A DNA stretch of 63,403 nucleotides, the filler included. It is 8 parts of 8 records of this genome, joined end to end, with 100 filler letters (N's around TTAATTAATTAA, not from the genome) between each part and the next. Parts side by side here need not be neighbours in the genome. Positions count along the whole stretch, not along the records: positions 59,111 to 63,403 come from SRR20825010_787; 7 more parts are not named here. One strand, 5' to 3'. Shown one piece after another: positions 61,676 to 63,403 of the stretch; the stretch's first letter is position 1; each line of letters opens with the position of its first letter. Both the position numbers and the translations under genes were made by a program. The notes beneath the pieces were generated by a model that was not told where the DNA came from, did no database searches, and saw only the letters and a list, made by a program, of their open reading frames with translations.

Positions 61676-63403
61676 ATGAAAAGAAGAAAGTTTTTGGGCA
61701 ATTTGGCTGCAGGCAGTGGGTTGGTGGTGTTAAACCCAATTTATGCATCCCATGGGAAAACAAATTCTAAAAAGTTCGACAATATAATTGTAGAAGGGCG
61801 GACATTAGAAGCAGATCTTGTAATAATTGGTGGGGGAACCGGTGGTTGTGCCACCGCTTTGGGAGCACTACGCAATGGCCTTACCGTTATCATGACCGAG
61901 GAAACCGATTGGATAGGGGGACAATTAACACAACAGGGCGTGCCACCAGATGAGCATAAATGGATCAACGACTTTGGTGCCACAGCATTATATAGGGAAT
62001 TCAGAAAAAAAGTCAGGGGATATTATCGCAATAACTATCCTATAAAACCAGAGCTTGCAGAAAACGACCGGTTCAATCCCGGTAATGCATCGGTTTCCGA
62101 AATTAGCCATGAGCCCAAAATTTCGTTACGGGTGTTGGAAACCATGATCGATCCCTACATCAGTGCCGGTAAACTGGTCCTTTTAAAGGAAACGGTGGCC
62201 TTGGACGCCTCTACCAAGGGGAATAGGGTACAATCGGTTAGGGTTAAAAACCTTCGATCTGGAGAGATTAGGAATTTAAAGGGTACTTACTTTGCGGACG
62301 CTACGGAATTGGGCGATTTATTGCCCATGACAGGAACCGAGTATGTGTGCGGGGCGGAAGCCAAATCCGATACCGGGGAGCTTCATGCGGCGGAAATGGC
62401 CGACCCAACCAATAATCAGGCCTTTACGGTCTGTTTTGCAATGGATTATAGACCCAATGAGGATTGGACCATAGACAAGCCTGAGGAGTACGGGTTTTGG
62501 CGCGACTATAGGCCTGAAATGAAAAAACCATGGGCAGGGAAACTGTTAGAGCTCAACTATTCCAACCCGCGCACCCTTCAGCCAAAGAATTTAGGGTTCG
62601 ATCCTAGGGGCAATAGCTTGGGGGAGGTACTGAACCTATGGAACTATCGCAGAATATTGGCCAAGGATAATTTTAAAGAAGGTTTTCTTACAGGGGATAT
62701 CACCCTGGTGAACTACCCCCAGAACGATTATTTTCTGGGCAATGTGGTGGATGTAAGTGATGAAGAACTAAAATATCATATTGACAGGGCCAAACAATTA
62801 AGTCTGTCCCTCTTGTATTGGCTACAAACCGAAGCCCCTAGGGCAAATGGAGGAAAAGGCTGGCCAGGAATTAGATTGAGGCCGGACGTAATGGGAACTA
62901 CAGACGGACTGGCAAAATATCCCTATATCAGGGAAGCTAGAAGAATAAAGCCTTTGTTTAGGATCACCGAACATCATGTGGGGAAAGCCCAAAGAGCAAG
63001 TATACAGGGAGTAACGGAATCCGAAGCCCGTGCCAAAGATTTTGGGGATAGTGTGGGGATAGGATATTATCATATTGATCTGCACCCAAGTAGTGGAGGG
63101 GATAATTATATCGACTTTGCTTCCCTTCCATTTCAGATACCCTTGGGAGCCCTAATACCGCAAAGGATGGAAAATATATTTCCCGTCAATAAAAATATTG
63201 GCACCACCCACCTTACCAACGGCTGCTACCGTCTGCACCCTGTGGAATGGAGCATAGGGGAGGCCATAGGGATGTTTGTGCCCTTTTTAATGGAAACGGG
63301 CAGCAGCCCACAAAAGGTTTACAAGGATGCCGCAGAGGTTCGGAAATTTCAAAGCCTCATTCGCAAACAAGGGGTGGATACCCATTGGCCTTATGAGAAA
63401 ATG
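61676..63403 (+). CDS. Tat-exported FAD-dependent oxidoreductase (runs off window end; absent from ORF track)
   Basis: MKRRKFLGQLAAG..DLVIIGGGTGGCATA..EETDWIGGQLTQQGVPPDEH; later PYIREARRI and NGCYRLHPVEW. Confidence 0.85.
   Translation, partial: MKRRKFLGNLAAGSGLVVLNPIYASHGKTNSKKFDNIIVEGRTLEADLVIIGGGTGGCATALGALRNGLTVIMTEETDWIGGQLTQQGVPPDEHKWINDFGATALYREFRKKVRGYYRNNYPIKPELAENDRFNPGNASVSEISHEPKISLRVLETMIDPYISAGKLVLLKETVALDASTKGNRVQSVRVKNLRSGEIRNLKGTYFADATELGDLLPMTGTEYVCGAEAKSDTGELHAAEMADPTNNQAFTVCFAMDYRPNEDWTIDKPEEYGFWRDYRPEMKKPWAGKLLELNYSNPRTLQPKNLGFDPRGNSLGEVLNLWNYRRILAKDNFKEGFLTGDITLVNYPQNDYFLGNVVDVSDEELKYHIDRAKQLSLSLLYWLQTEAPRANGGKGWPGIRLRPDVMGTTDGLAKYPYIREARRIKPLFRITEHHVGKAQRASIQGVTESEARAKDFGDSVGIGYYHIDLHPSSGGDNYIDFASLPFQIPLGALIPQRMENIFPVNKNIGTTHLTNGCYRLHPVEWSIGEAIGMFVPFLMETGSSPQKVYKDAAEVRKFQSLIRKQGVDTHWPYEKM

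Overview
This window is not one locus. It is eight unrelated contigs joined by an identical 100-bp linker (N44-TTAATTAATTAA-N44), as in a concatenated metagenome or bin. (1) 1-22814, Flavobacteriaceae-like: two CarboxypepD_reg proteins, an orphan FRG-domain gene, a 3D/amidase/M14 cell-wall hydrolase trio, an unlisted 55-aa membrane protein, a phosphodiesterase-alkaline phosphatase fusion, OmpA and vWA lipoproteins, and an iorAB + molybdenum-cofactor cluster ending in nested REP-like repeats. (2) 22915-29009, alphaproteobacterial gltA-gltX-comEC-orf-lexA-moeA with SOS boxes. (3) 29110-33755, flavobacterial asnS-rpoN, porin, exbD x2. (4) 33856-42972, flavobacterial rnpB 5' end, dnaX with an A10 slippage site, miaE, ppx, ppk1, sixA, pdxH, rnz, pyrB. 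(5) 43073-47958, a GT-C / SDR epimerase / flavoprotein / GtrA glycosylation cassette. (6) 48059-52481, rhizobial tadG-tadE, ycaQ-like gene, nuoA. (7) 52582-59010, alphaproteobacterial tandem GAF-GGDEF pair, DUF4269, AEC transporter, YHYH protein, ATM1-like ABC exporter. (8) 59111-63403, flavobacterial DUF2200, sulfatase, Tat-exported FAD oxidoreductase. I found no CRISPR array, tRNA, rRNA or transposase. Most content is housekeeping and no clear-cut novel system is demonstrable. The best leads are the glycosylation cassette, the active/degenerate GAF-GGDEF pair, the His-rich leader ahead of a Tat signal, dnaX slippage and the orphan FRG gene. Family assignments come from motif recognition, not database searches.
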